A stretch of 58,026 bases of DNA, the filler included, from Basidioascus undulatus (lineage: Eukaryota), in the NCBI GenBank assembly GCA_000826855.1. It is 7 parts of 7 records of this genome, joined end to end, with 100 filler letters (N's around TTAATTAATTAA, not from the genome) between each part and the next. Parts side by side here need not be neighbours in the genome. Positions count along the whole stretch, not along the records: positions 33,250 to 41,449 come from JTLS01001426.1; positions 41,550 to 49,742 come from JTLS01001427.1; 5 more parts are not named here. One strand, 5' to 3'. Both the position numbers and the translations under genes were made by a program. Below, one piece after another: positions 33,250-45,849 of this stretch (its first letter is position 1; every line of letters begins with the position of its first letter). A model generated the notes under the pieces. The model saw nothing but the letters and a program-made list of their open reading frames with translations. It did not search any database and was not told the origin of the DNA.

Positions 33250-36014
33250 ACACGGCAGAACCGTGACCAACAGCTCGCCCGCCCGTAGGCCTATGAGTCG
33301 CCGTGCAATGCGGGAAGGCTCACCGCGCCACCCAGGTTTCATGAGCCCAGGGTGGCCCCTCAAGGTAAGTATGAGGGGTCAGGAAAGGAGCGAGGGAGAT
33401 TGATGTAGATTCCGCGGCCGCACTGAGCAGGCGCGCGGGGATTGCAAGCTGTGTACTTCGTGTGTGTCGAGCTTTCAGCGGTTGCAAGCCTGAAAGTGGC
33501 AGATGTCTTTAGGATGTGTTTTGCGAAGGATACTTGTGGTTTTGTAAGAAAGACCGAAGTGAGCAGAAGAGCAGTGTGCGCGGCGGTTGACGGAGTTGCT
33601 GGCCCTTCGTTTGCGCTTCCAGTCGTCTCGTCTGTTCAAGCACCTCACAGGGCCTTCCGACGGGAATGATGTTCTCGCCATTGCGCATGCGCAAAATATC
33701 GTGGTGAAATTTCGCGGACATGCATTAAGATAGAGCATCAGACCCTAGCCGATGATCAACCGTCCGGATGTCACTCCTAGTGCCGGCAGTCAGTGATATA
33801 CTCACGCCGCGAAGGCGGAGAGTCAAAGCACAGTCGAGTGGAGCATGATAAGTTCACGAATATCTTACAGTATGCACCAAAAAGATGTGAGAATATATGC
33901 CAAGGTAAATCCAACGGGCTGCAGACCTTGACTTCCCATGTTGACTTCCTCGAACACCACGGCGACAGCCACGCTCCACCTACACCCTTCTTCCGGGCGT
34001 GAACAGCCTAGTAATATATCGAGATTCCTGTCCAAGACCAAAATCTATTCACATAGATTATGTACCGCTGCCCCATCACCAATATCTATGCTGGGGGTAC
34101 AGACTTGGTAGCCTGCACCGCTGTAAGTGCTTCGAGTCTTACCCCTCGCACGAAAGCAGTGACACGCTCGTGAGTTACCTGATGTCCTTTGATAGTACAT
34201 AAAAGGTCTGGTATGATCAAGGATCAATGACCGTCAACAGGTGAATAGCAAAGGCAACAGCAAGGTAGAGCCAGGCTTTGTGCCGATCCACGCAAGCTTG
34301 ACCATGTACTACGGTTTTATTCCTCGACTCATTACAGTTTTCGACGGTAAAATTACAAGGGTATTTGTGCACGGAAAAGTTACATAACGTGAGCACCAGC
34401 TCGACATTTGTCGCAAAGGTTTGCGAAGCGCCTAAGTTTCAACTGCTGAACAGTCTACGGGACGACCTCAAATGCCCCATGCTCGCTCTGCGCCAGCCGC
34501 ACACTGTGTAAATCCTGAAGACATTGAAGCTTCTTTGCACGCACCTGCTCCCGGAAGAAAGGTGGACGGACAACTCGCCAACATCGCCACCATTCAGAGG
34601 CTGCGTCGTGGTCGGCTTTGTGGCCTGTGCCCGGCAGCTGCACCGCTTAAACAGCCTCGAGCGGGCCCTGAAGCGCAATTAAATATTTTAGCTGATACGC
34701 ACTCATGTCCTGAAACTTTTGCGTTTCTGCTTGTCGGGTGTGACCTGCCCGCGGTTACGGCGGAATGTCCGAACGTAAAACTGCGGGCCGGTGGTCTTTG
34801 CGTGTTGGCACACATGGAAGGCCGCCAACTGTTCTGTCACAGCTCTCCAAAATACCACGACGTGGTTCTTTCCCCACGTCCTCCCTGTCCACTTGCCGGC
34901 TTTATATCTGACACATACCCGTCGGTTTGAACCTGCCCAAGCAAGGCCTTTGAGCACACCCATCGACTTCCTGCTCGCCTTCTTAGAGCGTTTCGGCTCA
35001 GTGTCAGTCCACGAGCTCTTCGATTTCCTTCAGGATCCTCAGACGCAAGAATCCTCTGCTTACCGAACTCACAAGGCAGCACCGACATCACCTTTCCCCA
35101 CGCTCGCGGAACACCCACCCCGACGCAATCGGTCTTCTGGTTTGCTTCGCTCGACTCGGCGTCAGCCGCCAACGAGGCCTGCCGCACGCTGAACGGCGCT
35201 GCTTCCTTCCACGGATGCCGCCTGACAGTCGAGCTCGCGATACACACCTAACGAGCGGGTCTTCCACGTCGGCATGCAGAGTTCTTCTCTTCCCCGGAAC
35301 AAACCTTCCGGTTCCTCCTCGACCCTGGCGCTCCAACACCGCGCACTCGTCGAGGAAGTGCCAGAGGAGCTCCAGCCCTTCTGATCATGGACGCGATTCG
35401 TCGTCCGCCTGCCTCACCATCCAGAACGTGATAGTCTTCAGCGAGGTCTGTGGCTTGAGCGATACTTTATTGTTGATTACCTCCTCCAGGATCAGCCACC
35501 CCTCATCCGACTTCCGGTCTGCCTGATCAGCTGTCACACGGCCACGAAGAGACAGTGCAGAAACCGGACTCGGTGGTTAGTTTCTTAGCTGCGCACACCT
35601 GTTCACTCCCCAGGACTTACTTTGCCATTTCGGGAGTATAGGGATCTGAGTCTTGAGCTTTGATACGCTGAAGAACCTGGGATATCCGACCTACCAGCTC
35701 GTCTCCGAAGACCTGCGTCTTCCGAAGCAGGCCATTGTCCGCCGAGCAGTTGCTGACCAGCAGTGGGCGTGCAGGGGTAATTCAGATACAGAAATTGTCC
35801 AGTAGTATTTCCGGCACCAACGTGTGACCTTATGGTTGGTCCTCGACCTACGCGCATCGTCAGGCCATTCACATTGCAATCGATCAGCCCCGGCGACACC
35901 ACAGCTGCCTTGCCTTAATAACGCTCCGCTGCCTCGATCCCACTGATGGCATGCTGCACAGTAAGCTCACGCAGTCCTCGCATTCACCCCCCTCCTAGTC
36001 GTGTCTCCCTCTTT

Positions 36015-37326
36015 CTAAAAAGCGTAGTCCAAGTCCACACCCTCCGCTGCGAGATCCGCCAGATAGATCTTCGTCTCCGCCAGGATCGCGAGTCGTCCCT
36101 TGCCCGCGAATACCAAGTTTGCAGACGTGGTGTTGAGAAAGATCTTGCCGAGTAGGATACCAGACGGATCCCAGACCTGGTGATGTGAGATGCGAAGCGA
36201 GGAAGTGAGGAAGAGGATGAGCGAAAAGGGAGTTCAGCCGTAAATAAAATAAAATAAACAAAAAAAGGGACAGAGGGGATGAAGGACGTCAAGAGAAGAC
36301 GAACCTGCACGCCGTCGCCAGTTCCAGCGTAAAGGTTCCCGGCCGTGTCAACCTTGAGGCCGTCCGGAAGCCGACTAGCGTTGCAGGTGGACAGCGGAAT
36401 ATTGAGTAGGGGTCCATTGGAAAGGCAGAGTCAAGGGTGAAAGACCGTACGTGTCAACGTAAGCAAACAGACGGCGGTTCGAGAGCGCCACAGAGTCGCC
36501 TTCGCCAACGACGTCGAAGACGTAGCTGTGGGAAATCGCAAAGGCCGGAGAGGCGAAGAAAAGCTTTGGCTCTCAGCAAGCGTTGGGCACAAAAAGCGAC
36601 ATCGCCATTGTGGGACTCACATCGATGCCGGCTGCGTCGGAACGTACTCGCGCGTCCCAGCCCCGGTGTCGGCTCTGCACGTGGCATGGTTTACCCATGT
36701 CAGATTCGGTGGACGCAGCGGTTGAAGTGCTGAAACCAAAAGGAGAAGTAGGACAGCAACCTACAAGTAAAGGTGCTTGAAGTCTGGGGAGAACGCAATC
36801 CCGTTCGAGTTCCCGAAACCATCTGCGAGCGCACGGAGAACGCCCGAAGAGGGGTTGTAGTAGTAGACTTGATCGGGGAGCTGAGACCGGCGAAGACGTC
36901 AGTTACCAGACACCTGTAGACTTCGGATTGCAGCGCAGGAGGAAAGGAAGGCGGGCGTACCAAAGGCGCAGGACTGCGTGCCCAAAGTATGGCGAACGGG
37001 TCAGCGGGGTTAGCGCATGTAAGGGCGGGTGCGACGAACCGGAAGTCCTGGAAGAACCCATACTTCGTGTCGGTGAAGAATATCGCGCCGGTCTCTCCGT
37101 GAATGACCACTGTCGTTGGCAGTCTGTGAGCTGCGAAGCTAACTCCCGACCCAAAGTGTCGCGCAACGCTCACCATCATTAGGCGAGTTGAACTGGCGCC
37201 CGAAGAAGTTGTTTACGACGATGGACGAGTTGTAAGGTGCCGACGCGGAGACGAGGTTAAGCCCGCCGGGACGCTCGCCTCGCCCTTGAATTGCGAACAG
37301 CAGCTGTCCGCGGTAGAACGTCCCGC
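36015..37326 (-). CDS. SMP-30/gluconolactonase family beta-propeller, 3' portion only (5' exons absent)
   Basis: GGTFYRGQLLFAIQG...PYNSSIVVNNFFGRQFNSPND|VVIH..GAIFFTDTKYG...ALADGFGNSNGIAFSPD...NRRLFAYVD...PDGLKVDTAGNLYAGTGDGVQ|VWDPSGILLGKI...AETKIY; TAG at 36015-36017. Confidence 0.88.
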
Positions 37327-37400
37327 CTGTCCCAAGGGGTGGAAAGGCCGGAAGAGGGATGGGAGCGAGAGGAAAGGGAGGAGCGGAAGGTCAGGCGCAC

Positions 37401-39340
37401 GAGGTAATAGTAAACTGCCCATCCACACGCAAAGACAGTCAGCTTCTAGCGGATGTGGTCAAGCAGACGGGTACGCACAGGATGCCACTGCCACCTCGAC
37501 ACGCTCGGAACCTGCAAGAACAGCCACTGGCCGCTCTTGTACTTGAAGCTCGGCTGTCCATTCCCCATCCCCCATCAGCTTCCTCCCTCTCCCTCATCCC
37601 CCCTCCCCATTTTCTACCCCACCTTCGCCCCTTCCTCCTACCACACCGCCCCGCCCGCCGAACGCCAAAAGACAGCGCGCGCACCTTGACGAACCGGATC
37701 TCCATCGCGCCGGACGGATGTAGAAGGACGTTCGAGATCCGCGTCTCCCTGCGCGCGCGGACCTCGCGCCAGACGCGCTCCGCGAAATACAGGATCCCAG
37801 GCCACTTTTCTTTGCTCCGTTCCCATCACGCCTTTGCCCCACCACGCTTCCCCCATGAAGAAAGGACGCACGATGATGAAACGCCAGCTACCCGTGTTTC
37901 CCACATTTCAGACAATGCATCGGGAGAAAAGGGGAGTCGAGGAAAGTGGGAGTCGGGAGAAAAGTAGGGAGATGAGGGGCAAGGGGGAAAGGGGAAAGGG
38001 AATGGGAAGCAGACAGACCTGTTGTACCCCAAACAATGCTCAGTCGAATAGAACGGGAAGTACACCACATAGTCCGGGTCGACCGAGTCGCGGACGAAGC
38101 ATCCCGTCGCGTGCGTGTACAGCGCGAGCATGAAGAAGAAGGCGAGGTGGTGCGTGTACCTGTTCACCCGCCCCAGCGCCCACACACCTGCATCAGCCGC
38201 CGCGCGGCTGAAGACAACGAGGAAACAAGAGGTAAGAGGGAGAAGGGAAGAAGGGAGGAATGGAGGACGGGAGGAAAGGAGGAACGGCCCACCAGAACGC
38301 CTCGAAGCACTGCGCCCGGATCTTGGCGTGCGCGGTCGTGTACATGAGGAGCATGATGAGGAGCCTGTCCTCTCCTTTTCTCCCTATCAGCTGCATTCCT
38401 TCCCGCCGGACAGACTTGCGTGCGAAGGAGAAACGCACATGACATGCCCCGTAATCCCGCCCGCCTGCGTATAGTGGATCTGCCACGCCGCGATCTTGCG
38501 GAGCTCTGCCATCCCCATCGTCGAAACCCAACATCAGCTTGCCTCCTGCGGAGATGGCGAAGCGGAGGAAGACGGACGCGTCCGCTCGACGTTGATGAAG
38601 TTCACCTGCCCCCACGTCCGCGCATCAGCCTTCCGTCTCAAGCTTGCGCGTGAGGGATAGGGAAAACGACCCACGTAGTGCGCAGTGGTGTGCACGATCG
38701 TCCAAAAAAGAAGCTGGTACGCGACTTGGCGGTGGAACCGTCTGTCCCCCTCCGCGCTCCCATAGCATCTAGCGTCCTCCCAGCGCCCACGCTCTCGCCC
38801 TCGACGCAACGCACATGTTCTCATCCAGCTGGACCAACCAGGTCAGCCCCGGGCGGAGGATCTTGATGATATTTCGGAGGACTGCTCCCAGTCCCCAGCG
38901 CACACTCAGCGTTCTGCGAGGTCGAAGAGGGGAGTGGGGCAAGCGAGGGAGGGAGGGAGAAGGGGTGAGGGAGAGAGCGTACCGGGCAAAAGGATGAGCC
39001 CCCCGTCGTATGCGAGCACCAGACCCGCGCCGCGCGAGATCCACACGGACCAGCGGAGGGTGTTGAGCCCGGCCAGGCGCGCGTTGGACGCTTGGGAGTA
39101 CCAGCCGTATGTGAACTGTCGCCCTGTCCCACATCAGTTCCCCATCCCACTCCCCACTTTCCCTGTGAACCGGAGGACGCACGAGGGCGAGGTGCGAGCC
39201 GTAGAAAAGCATCTGTTGCGCCGGGGATGAGGTGAGGAGGGAGGCAGAGAGAGGGGATGGGGAATGGGAGGATGGGAATCGGGACACACATTGAAGATGG
39301 CCTTGCGCGGACAGAGCACCTCGCGCTTCCAGGTTTGGCT
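37401..39340 (-). CDS. noxA: NADPH oxidase NoxA/Nox1, transmembrane heme domain and start of the FAD domain; NADPH-binding half missing, start codon not located
   Basis: WKREVLCPRKAIFN, LNTLRWSVWISRGAGLVL, FHRQVAY..IVHTTAHYVNF, QIHYTQAGGITGHVMLL, FEAFWYTHHL..YTHATGCFVRD, PSFKYKSGQWLFLQVPSVSRWQWHP|FTITS. The four heme-ligand His positions are present. Confidence 0.92.
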
Positions 39341-40231
39341 CGGTGTCGGACGAGGAGGTCGAGCTCATCGCTCGCTCAAATGCTGTTCAAAATCAAAAGT
39401 CGAAGTCGAAATCGTCAAAGATCGGAAAGGTCGTGCGAAGTAAGAGAGGGAGGGGAGGAAGAGTGAAAGGGCAAGAAGAGACCAGCTGTCTTGCGTGTGC
39501 AGTTAGAGCGTAGGGTAAACGAACGTGAGCCAGCCGCGTAGAAAGAACGAGAGCGAGTTGATCGAGATCTAGAAGGACGCCGAGGATGAAGTCCCGAGAG
39601 CGACGCGACGAAGCGTTCAGAAGCCGATGGGCAGTGAGCGGGCGTTTCGAGAAGATGATGATCCGCGCCCTTTCGGGGCCTTGACGACCGCGCGTGCGGC
39701 GTTTCAGCCGGGCGCCTGGCCCCGGAGGCGGAGGCCAAGTAAGAGTGTGAAAGGGGATGATTACGAGTCCGAGTGGAGAAAATGAGTTTGTGAAATGCGA
39801 GGTGAAAAGGGAGTGGGTTTGATGGAGCAGATTGAGTGGATAGAGTTCGAGGACGCGGAGGAGCGGAAAGGGTGGACGAGGCGGTGCAGCTACAGAGCTG
39901 CCTCGAGGTCGACCAAAGTCGTAGATTTGCATGGCGAAACCGCTGCATGGGGAGGCGGTGCTTGTGATAGACGGGTGTGTTTTGCTTTCGAAATCATGAA
40001 AGTTGGGCGCGCAGACTGCACGAGCAGCGACAGCGTACTCTGCATTTCCCGTGTACGCTGCAAGTCCAGCAAGTCCAACTGGAAACGTGTTCCGAGGCCT
40101 GGGTATTGTATAATCGGCTCAGTCACAGTCAATCGCATGCTCATCCTCTCCCTTCAGAACAGTAAGAAAAAAGCACAAACATCGCTCAATAAATGCTTTC
40201 CTTCCCCCTCCCTCCCTCTCCTTCCCTCCTC

Positions 40232-41449
40232 CTAATCCTCCTCCTCACTCCCACTCCCATACCCCGCCAACCCGCCCAATCCCCCACCCGCCTTATCCTT
40301 ATTCTCCTCCCCTCCCGCGCCGGCTCCGACCGCCCCCTGCTCCCGCAGCTGCGCGAGGTACCGCAGCGCCTGGACGTTTTGTGCCGACAAAATCCCCTGC
40401 GCCTCCACCTGGGGCTGCTCCACCTGCTGTTGCTCCACCTGCAGCTCTTCCTGCTGCGGCTCCTCCTCCTGCACCCCGACAGCCAAGTCAGTACCGGTTC
40501 CCGCAGACGAAACCCCTACCCGGTAGGCAAGGAAGAGAAAGCAGGGAACGGAAGGGCGGAGGGACGGGAGGGAGAACGTACCGGTTCCTCCAGCGCCGGC
40601 CTCTCCGGCAGTCCATGCTCAAGCGCCTCGACCTGCCGCACGGCCTGGACGAGGTCCGTGTCGAGCGCGAGCTTCTTGGTGACGCCCTCCGTGCCGAGGT
40701 CGACGAGCCGGCGCTTCTCACGCACTTTCGCGACCGGGTTCGGGTCCTCTGTCGCCCACCTACCCCGCTCGCTCACACAAGTCAGCTTCACGCTCTCCTG
40801 CCTTCTAGGGTGGAGAGGGGAGGTGGGGAAAGATAGAAGGGACGACCCACCGAACGTTCAAGATCTCATCCTCGTCCATGCTCTGGTTTGCCATCGCCTC
40901 GCGTGCAAACTGCGCGTTGGCCTCGTGCACGTACGTCACGAACGCGACGCTCCGGCCGTGGAGGACTCGGACTGCTCCACCCTACCCAAGGCATCAGTGC
41001 TCCATCCCTCTCCCGATCCCCCCCGCCCCCTTTTCAAACGCCGTTTCAAACGCCGAGAAAGAAGCCACCACGCACGTCGCTCGATCTCCCCGAACTCCCC
41101 AAAGTGCCTCCTAACAACTGCGTCGCTCTGCCCGTCCCGTCCCGCCTCGCGCATACGGCCAATATACAGCGTCCGGTTCTGCCGGCCGAACGACCCCACG
41201 CCGCCCATGTCGTCCCGGTAGTCGGCGAACTTTTCGCGCCCGAAGATGTCCCGGCTGAGGTCGGGCAGGGTGTGCGTCGATTTGGGGAGGCGGTGGAGGT
41301 AGGCGCATTGGGATCTGTTACCCATCCCTACTTTATTAGTTTCCGAGTGAAGGACACTGACGAAGGGCCGGGTGGAAGGTGACTGGGAAGCTGGGAAAGT
41401 TGGGAGGGGGAAGAGGGGGAAGGGTCTGGCGCGGGTATCCGGGGCGTGG
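40232..41449 (-). CDS. CWC2: Pre-mRNA splicing factor Cwc2 (CCCH plus RRM), 3' part, cut by the contig end
   Basis: CAYLHRLP...DIFGREKFADYRDDMGGVGSFGRQNRTLYIG...HFGEFGEIER|VRVL...AFVTY..EANAQFAREAMANQS...ILNVR|WATEDPNP. Confidence 0.93.
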
Positions 41450-41549
41450 NNNNNNNNNNNNNNNNNNNNNNNNNNNNNNNNNNNNNNNNNNNNTTAATTA
41501 ATTAANNNNNNNNNNNNNNNNNNNNNNNNNNNNNNNNNNNNNNNNNNNN
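41450..41549. other. Artificial 100-nt contig spacer with TTAATTAATTAA linker
   Basis: N-run with central linker. Confidence 0.99.
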
Positions 41550-43082
41550 AAGTAAGAGGAGAGGACAGGAGACGAGAGTTGCGTGCGGGGCGATGCTCGC
41601 TTGCCGCAACTTGCCTTGAGCACCAGTCCGCGGGCGTCTGGCTCTGGCTCTGGCAAACACACGCAGGCTTTTCGTCAAGCTTTGGCATCGACTCCCCCAG
41701 GCCACCGCAACATCTTACATGATCCCTTGCTCAAACAAGACACATTTTCAACACCCGTAAAACAACACACGGCACACTGACACTCCCCGCGCGCTTTCAT
41801 CCAAAAACAATCATACAAACTGCGACTCAAATTCGCCATCCTATTCCTCAACGTGAAAAAGCTACAACGTTTCAGCGGGGGATCGACGCCCCAGGACCCA
41901 AAACATCTGTCCCTGGGGGGGAGACCCACTCGGCTCCACCTTGTCAGCCGTCGCCCTCAACTGAGCGACTACGCGATACTGCGCCATGTTGGTGGCAGCA
42001 GTGGGAGACTTGCGTTCCTAGAAACTCCTGAACGACGCGTCCGGGAACATGCATCTTGCATGCGCTTCGATAAACCACGTTCGTAGATGGTCTCGCCTTG
42101 GTAAACAGCAAGTGCCTGTAACAGAGAAGGCGAGCCAGGCGATCGTCCTCCACCCAGCGATCGTGATTGACTTCTCGATCTTAATTTCGGCACGGCCCGG
42201 TCGCGTCGAATATCAGTCGTTTAAGTCGACTTGCTTCCTCGAAACCTCGCGGGCAGCTCGTAGCGCAGGCACGAAGAAGACACGCTGGCTCGGCGCTGGG
42301 ACAAGGCGGGGCGGAGCGGGCGTCATGATGCAGAGCGGATGAGCGACATGGGAAGGCGAGTGGATAAACGGTCAACTTGAGTCAACGATGCGAGCTGGTA
42401 GGCTAGGCATAGTAGCGCAGCAGAGAATGAAGTGGGAGGCGTTGCGCAGCTGAATAGCTCGAGATTGCCAAACAAATATCTATCTTACCCCTTGCTCGGG
42501 TAAAAGAGTTCAACTGAATCATAAGTTTTCTGTACGAGGGACAATCTATCAAAATCTTTCAAGCTGAACCCCAACAATGAGGAATCAGCTGCTACTCAGA
42601 CTCTTCCATTGAAGACGCCTGACCCTCAGCAGTGTTTCCTCTGCTGGGCCGCATATTCTCCAGGTCGCTTTAGTGGATATAAACCCGCGCAGTGTAGAAC
42701 TGAAGGAAGTAGGTGGCAACCTTCACGACGACCTCTCCCTCGTAGTTCGCGTGGTTCCTTCATGTTGGCGCGAAGTGTCGCGCATACGGCGGGTTCAGCT
42801 CAGCCTCAAGGCCCGACTTGATTCTGCCTCTTGACGATTGTGAGGAAACTAAATACAAGGGGTCAAAGAACCTCTCCCCTGCTTCCTCTCATGGGAGTCA
42901 GATGAAAGAGCGAGAGTTTCAAACGCAACAATAACTCACGTCCCGACATGCTCTGATCCCGTCTCCCTTCCGTGCCCGCCGTCCAGCCTCAACAAGTACT
43001 CCCCATCCTTCCGTTCTCCCCCCAAGTCTCTTTATCCCCCCTTATCCCCCCTCACTCTCACATCCACAGAAACGCAGTCGAC

Positions 43083-43874
43083 ATGACTTCCCTCCCCCGC
43101 CTCGCCCGCGCCACTCTCCGCCCAGCCTCCGCGCTGCGCGAGCACTCTCGCAACCTCAGGGGAACCGGAGCAGGGAGTGCGGACCTCTACGCTACGGCCG
43201 ATCTGAGGCTTGTGCCGGTGGGGACCGAGATGACTACGAGTGCGTACAATGCGTCCTCAAGCCATCCGTTGCGTCTGAGTACCGCACGCTGAGTTGCTGC
43301 CTCGCACTGCCTTTGTCCACCCTTTGCGGCTCCTCGACATCCCACAGGTAGCTTTGTGGCGGAAGTGCAGAACGTGTTGGAGAAACATAATGTGGTCTAT
43401 AAGACTCAGTAAGCTTCGCTCCCCGTTCCGCACCATCTTCGTCCCGACGGAGCAACACTCACCGATGGGTCACTCACACTGCATGATTTCAGCGGGTCGG
43501 GCACCAACATCGAAGGGTCTCTGATGGACCTGCTTCGTGTGGTCGCCGAAGCTCATGCAGCCGTTCACAGGATCGGGGCGCCTAAGATCGAGGTGAGTAG
43601 GACTATCAGTCTTGTAGCTGCAGGATAGCAAAGCCCAACATGAATGGAAATGGGACGGTTACGTACGGATGGACACTCCTGTACTCATACCCATTATCGT
43701 TTTCCCATGCGCTAACTGCATCCCCTCCCTTCCCCGCAGTCCGATCTCCGCATTTGCACGACCCTCGACCACCCGACTTCTGGTGGTCCGGCCGGCAGCG
43801 AGAACGATCGCAAAGTGCGCTCGGTTGAGGAGAAGAAGGGTCGGGGTCGGGAGGAGCTCAGCGACTTGGAGTAA
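43083..43874 (+). CDS. ECM15: Ecm15 / MTH1187 thiamine-binding (UPF0045) family protein, 4 exons
   Basis: LYATADLRLVPVGTEMTT|SSFVAEVQNVLEKHNVVYKTH|GSGTNIEGSLMDLLRVVAEAHAAVHRIGAPKIE|SDLRICTTLD...NDRKVRSVEE; TAA at 43872-43874. Confidence 0.85.
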
Positions 43875-44391
43875 CGTAAGTCTGTGAGAACGAGAGGTCA
43901 AGACAGTCCAGTGAGGGGTTGTGGGCGCCGGATTGAACTGTAGTCGGAGAAACGCTCTGAGGCTGCTAGCACATGCTGCATTCTGTCGCGTGTCAGAGTA
44001 GTACAGTCTGAACACCTCAAACAATTGAACAGCAACGAACGACAGCTCTGAAGATAACATTGGTGCATTTCCAAGCTATTGTCAGTCATTCCGAGGAACT
44101 CAAAGCGTCCGCTCGGATATGCAGGATGGAGCTGCCTGAGGTATGACCGTGCGAACAAAAGGGCATGACACACGGAAGCGAACGACACATCAGTCCCAAT
44201 CGGGAGCAAGACCTCTTAACCTCCTTTACAAGAATAGTCGAGGTGAGGCCACGAGGACTGCGAAGCGATCAGCCTGGCGACAGGAAATAGCTGAAGTGCC
44301 TCCTGCGAAGAAGCGTCAAAGATGCAAACAGAAACGAAGCTGCATGTCTCCATCGACGGCGTTCTGACCATACGTCCTGACTCCTGAGCAC

Positions 44392-45090
44392 CTAGGACCC
44401 CTCAATCTCCATCACAACCGCCTGCGCCATTTCCAAGCGTCCCGCACCGATGGGCTTCCTCCTACCCGCACCGACACTACCAAGTCCACGCCCGCCCATC
44501 CCCGCTCCAAGCCACTTATGGCGCAGCTCCAGCGTGAGCTGCCACCCGGCAGCTGCGACCCACACCGCGACGCGCAGGTCCGGGGCATCCGGCACGCGTG
44601 CAATGCCGCCCGCAATGCACTCCGAGCCGCCCGGGATATATTGATCCACGGACCAGAGGACTACTTCCCACGCCGTGAGGATCGCGTAGGCCGCGCGCGC
44701 AGTTCGCGTGGCGAGGGGCAAGAGGACGCGTCCGGCGCGGCTCGCGCTGCCGGGGCGGATGTGTTCGGCAGCTGCGGCGACGAGGCCGAGTACGAGCGGG
44801 GGGACGATGAGTACGATGGGAGAAGGAAGATACGCCGTCCATGGCTTTGGGGATTCATATGATCGAGGCGAGAGGATGGAGATGCCAGATGCGGGATGTC
44901 TCCTCGGGAGGGCGTCGCGTAGGAGAGCAGCCAGCGGTCTGGATAAGGCGATGAGGAGTGTGAATAATAGAGCACCGAGCGCGTATTGAACGCAGGCGGT
45001 TTTGAGGGAAATTGCTTCTGCGCGTGCCCGAGATGGAGGACTGGAGGTAGCAGACGGCGAGCGACCAGGTCGTGATCGACGGCGAGCCAT
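44392..45090 (-). CDS. Hypothetical membrane protein
   Basis: 232-aa ATG-initiated ORF with 3-4 hydrophobic segments (ALGALLFTLLIAL; IVLIVPPLVLGLVAA; AYAILTAWEVVLW). No family recognised. Confidence 0.5.
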   Translation of the reverse strand: MARRRSRPGRSPSATSSPPSRARAEAISLKTACVQYALGALLFTLLIALSRPLAALLRDALPRRHPASGISILSPRSYESPKPWTAYLPSPIVLIVPPLVLGLVAAAAEHIRPGSASRAGRVLLPLATRTARAAYAILTAWEVVLWSVDQYIPGGSECIAGGIARVPDAPDLRVAVWVAAAGWQLTLELRHKWLGAGMGGRGLGSVGAGRRKPIGAGRLEMAQAVVMEIEGS

Positions 45091-45849
45091 TTGGCCGAGA
45101 TGCGAGATGTGAGAAGTTTAGAGCACGCGAGAAAGCGACCGATATGTTTTATGGCCAGACCAAGCCTGATAAAGCGAGAGGGAAGCGAGGCGAAGATGGT
45201 GAATGGAAGAGAAGAAGATGGACGCTGACACGACACGGACACGTCAGCGCTTCCTGCAGAGAACAGCTTTGAGCGGCTGCCGCAGACACATTTACCTGTG
45301 ACTGAGGGAGGGATCCGAAGGTGAAAATTCAACGCTGTGTGTGCTGCTTGATTGTACTGTGAGCTTGTACTTCATGCGCCTTCGAGACCGACGAGATGCA
45401 TCGAGTGCACGTGCTGTGGGCCGTTCCACCAAGAAACGGTACTTGCCAGTGAGTTGTGCACTCTGCTTCCTTAGAGAGGCTTCCAATAGTAAAGTCAGGT
45501 TTTCCATTTTTTAGTATAGTCACTAAAATAATCTAAAGGACGATCAGTTTGAGACACGTCTGCTGGCTAGATTCCTCATGCAAGTCCATCATACCAGCAG
45601 TGTCCGACAAGCGACCTACTGCCAATAGGCGCTGTGAAAGTTGTGGAAACACTTTCATACATATGCTACCTCGTGTTCATGTGAGCAATGCGAATGAGAG
45701 TCCTCCCGAACCCAGCATAGCCCAATACCGAAGGACATGTCGCAGGCAGACATTTGTGAGCGGGCGCAGATGTGACGGTTAGTCATATGGATGACAAGGT
45801 ACATCCAGTAAGATATCAGGAAGGACAGTGTCTGAAGAAACAACGACCT

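Noticed and set aside
33250..35950. Short ORFs (e.g. DFLLAFLERFGSVSVHELFDFLQ) as a gene or transposon
   Set aside because: No recognisable domain and no consistent exon chain could be built.
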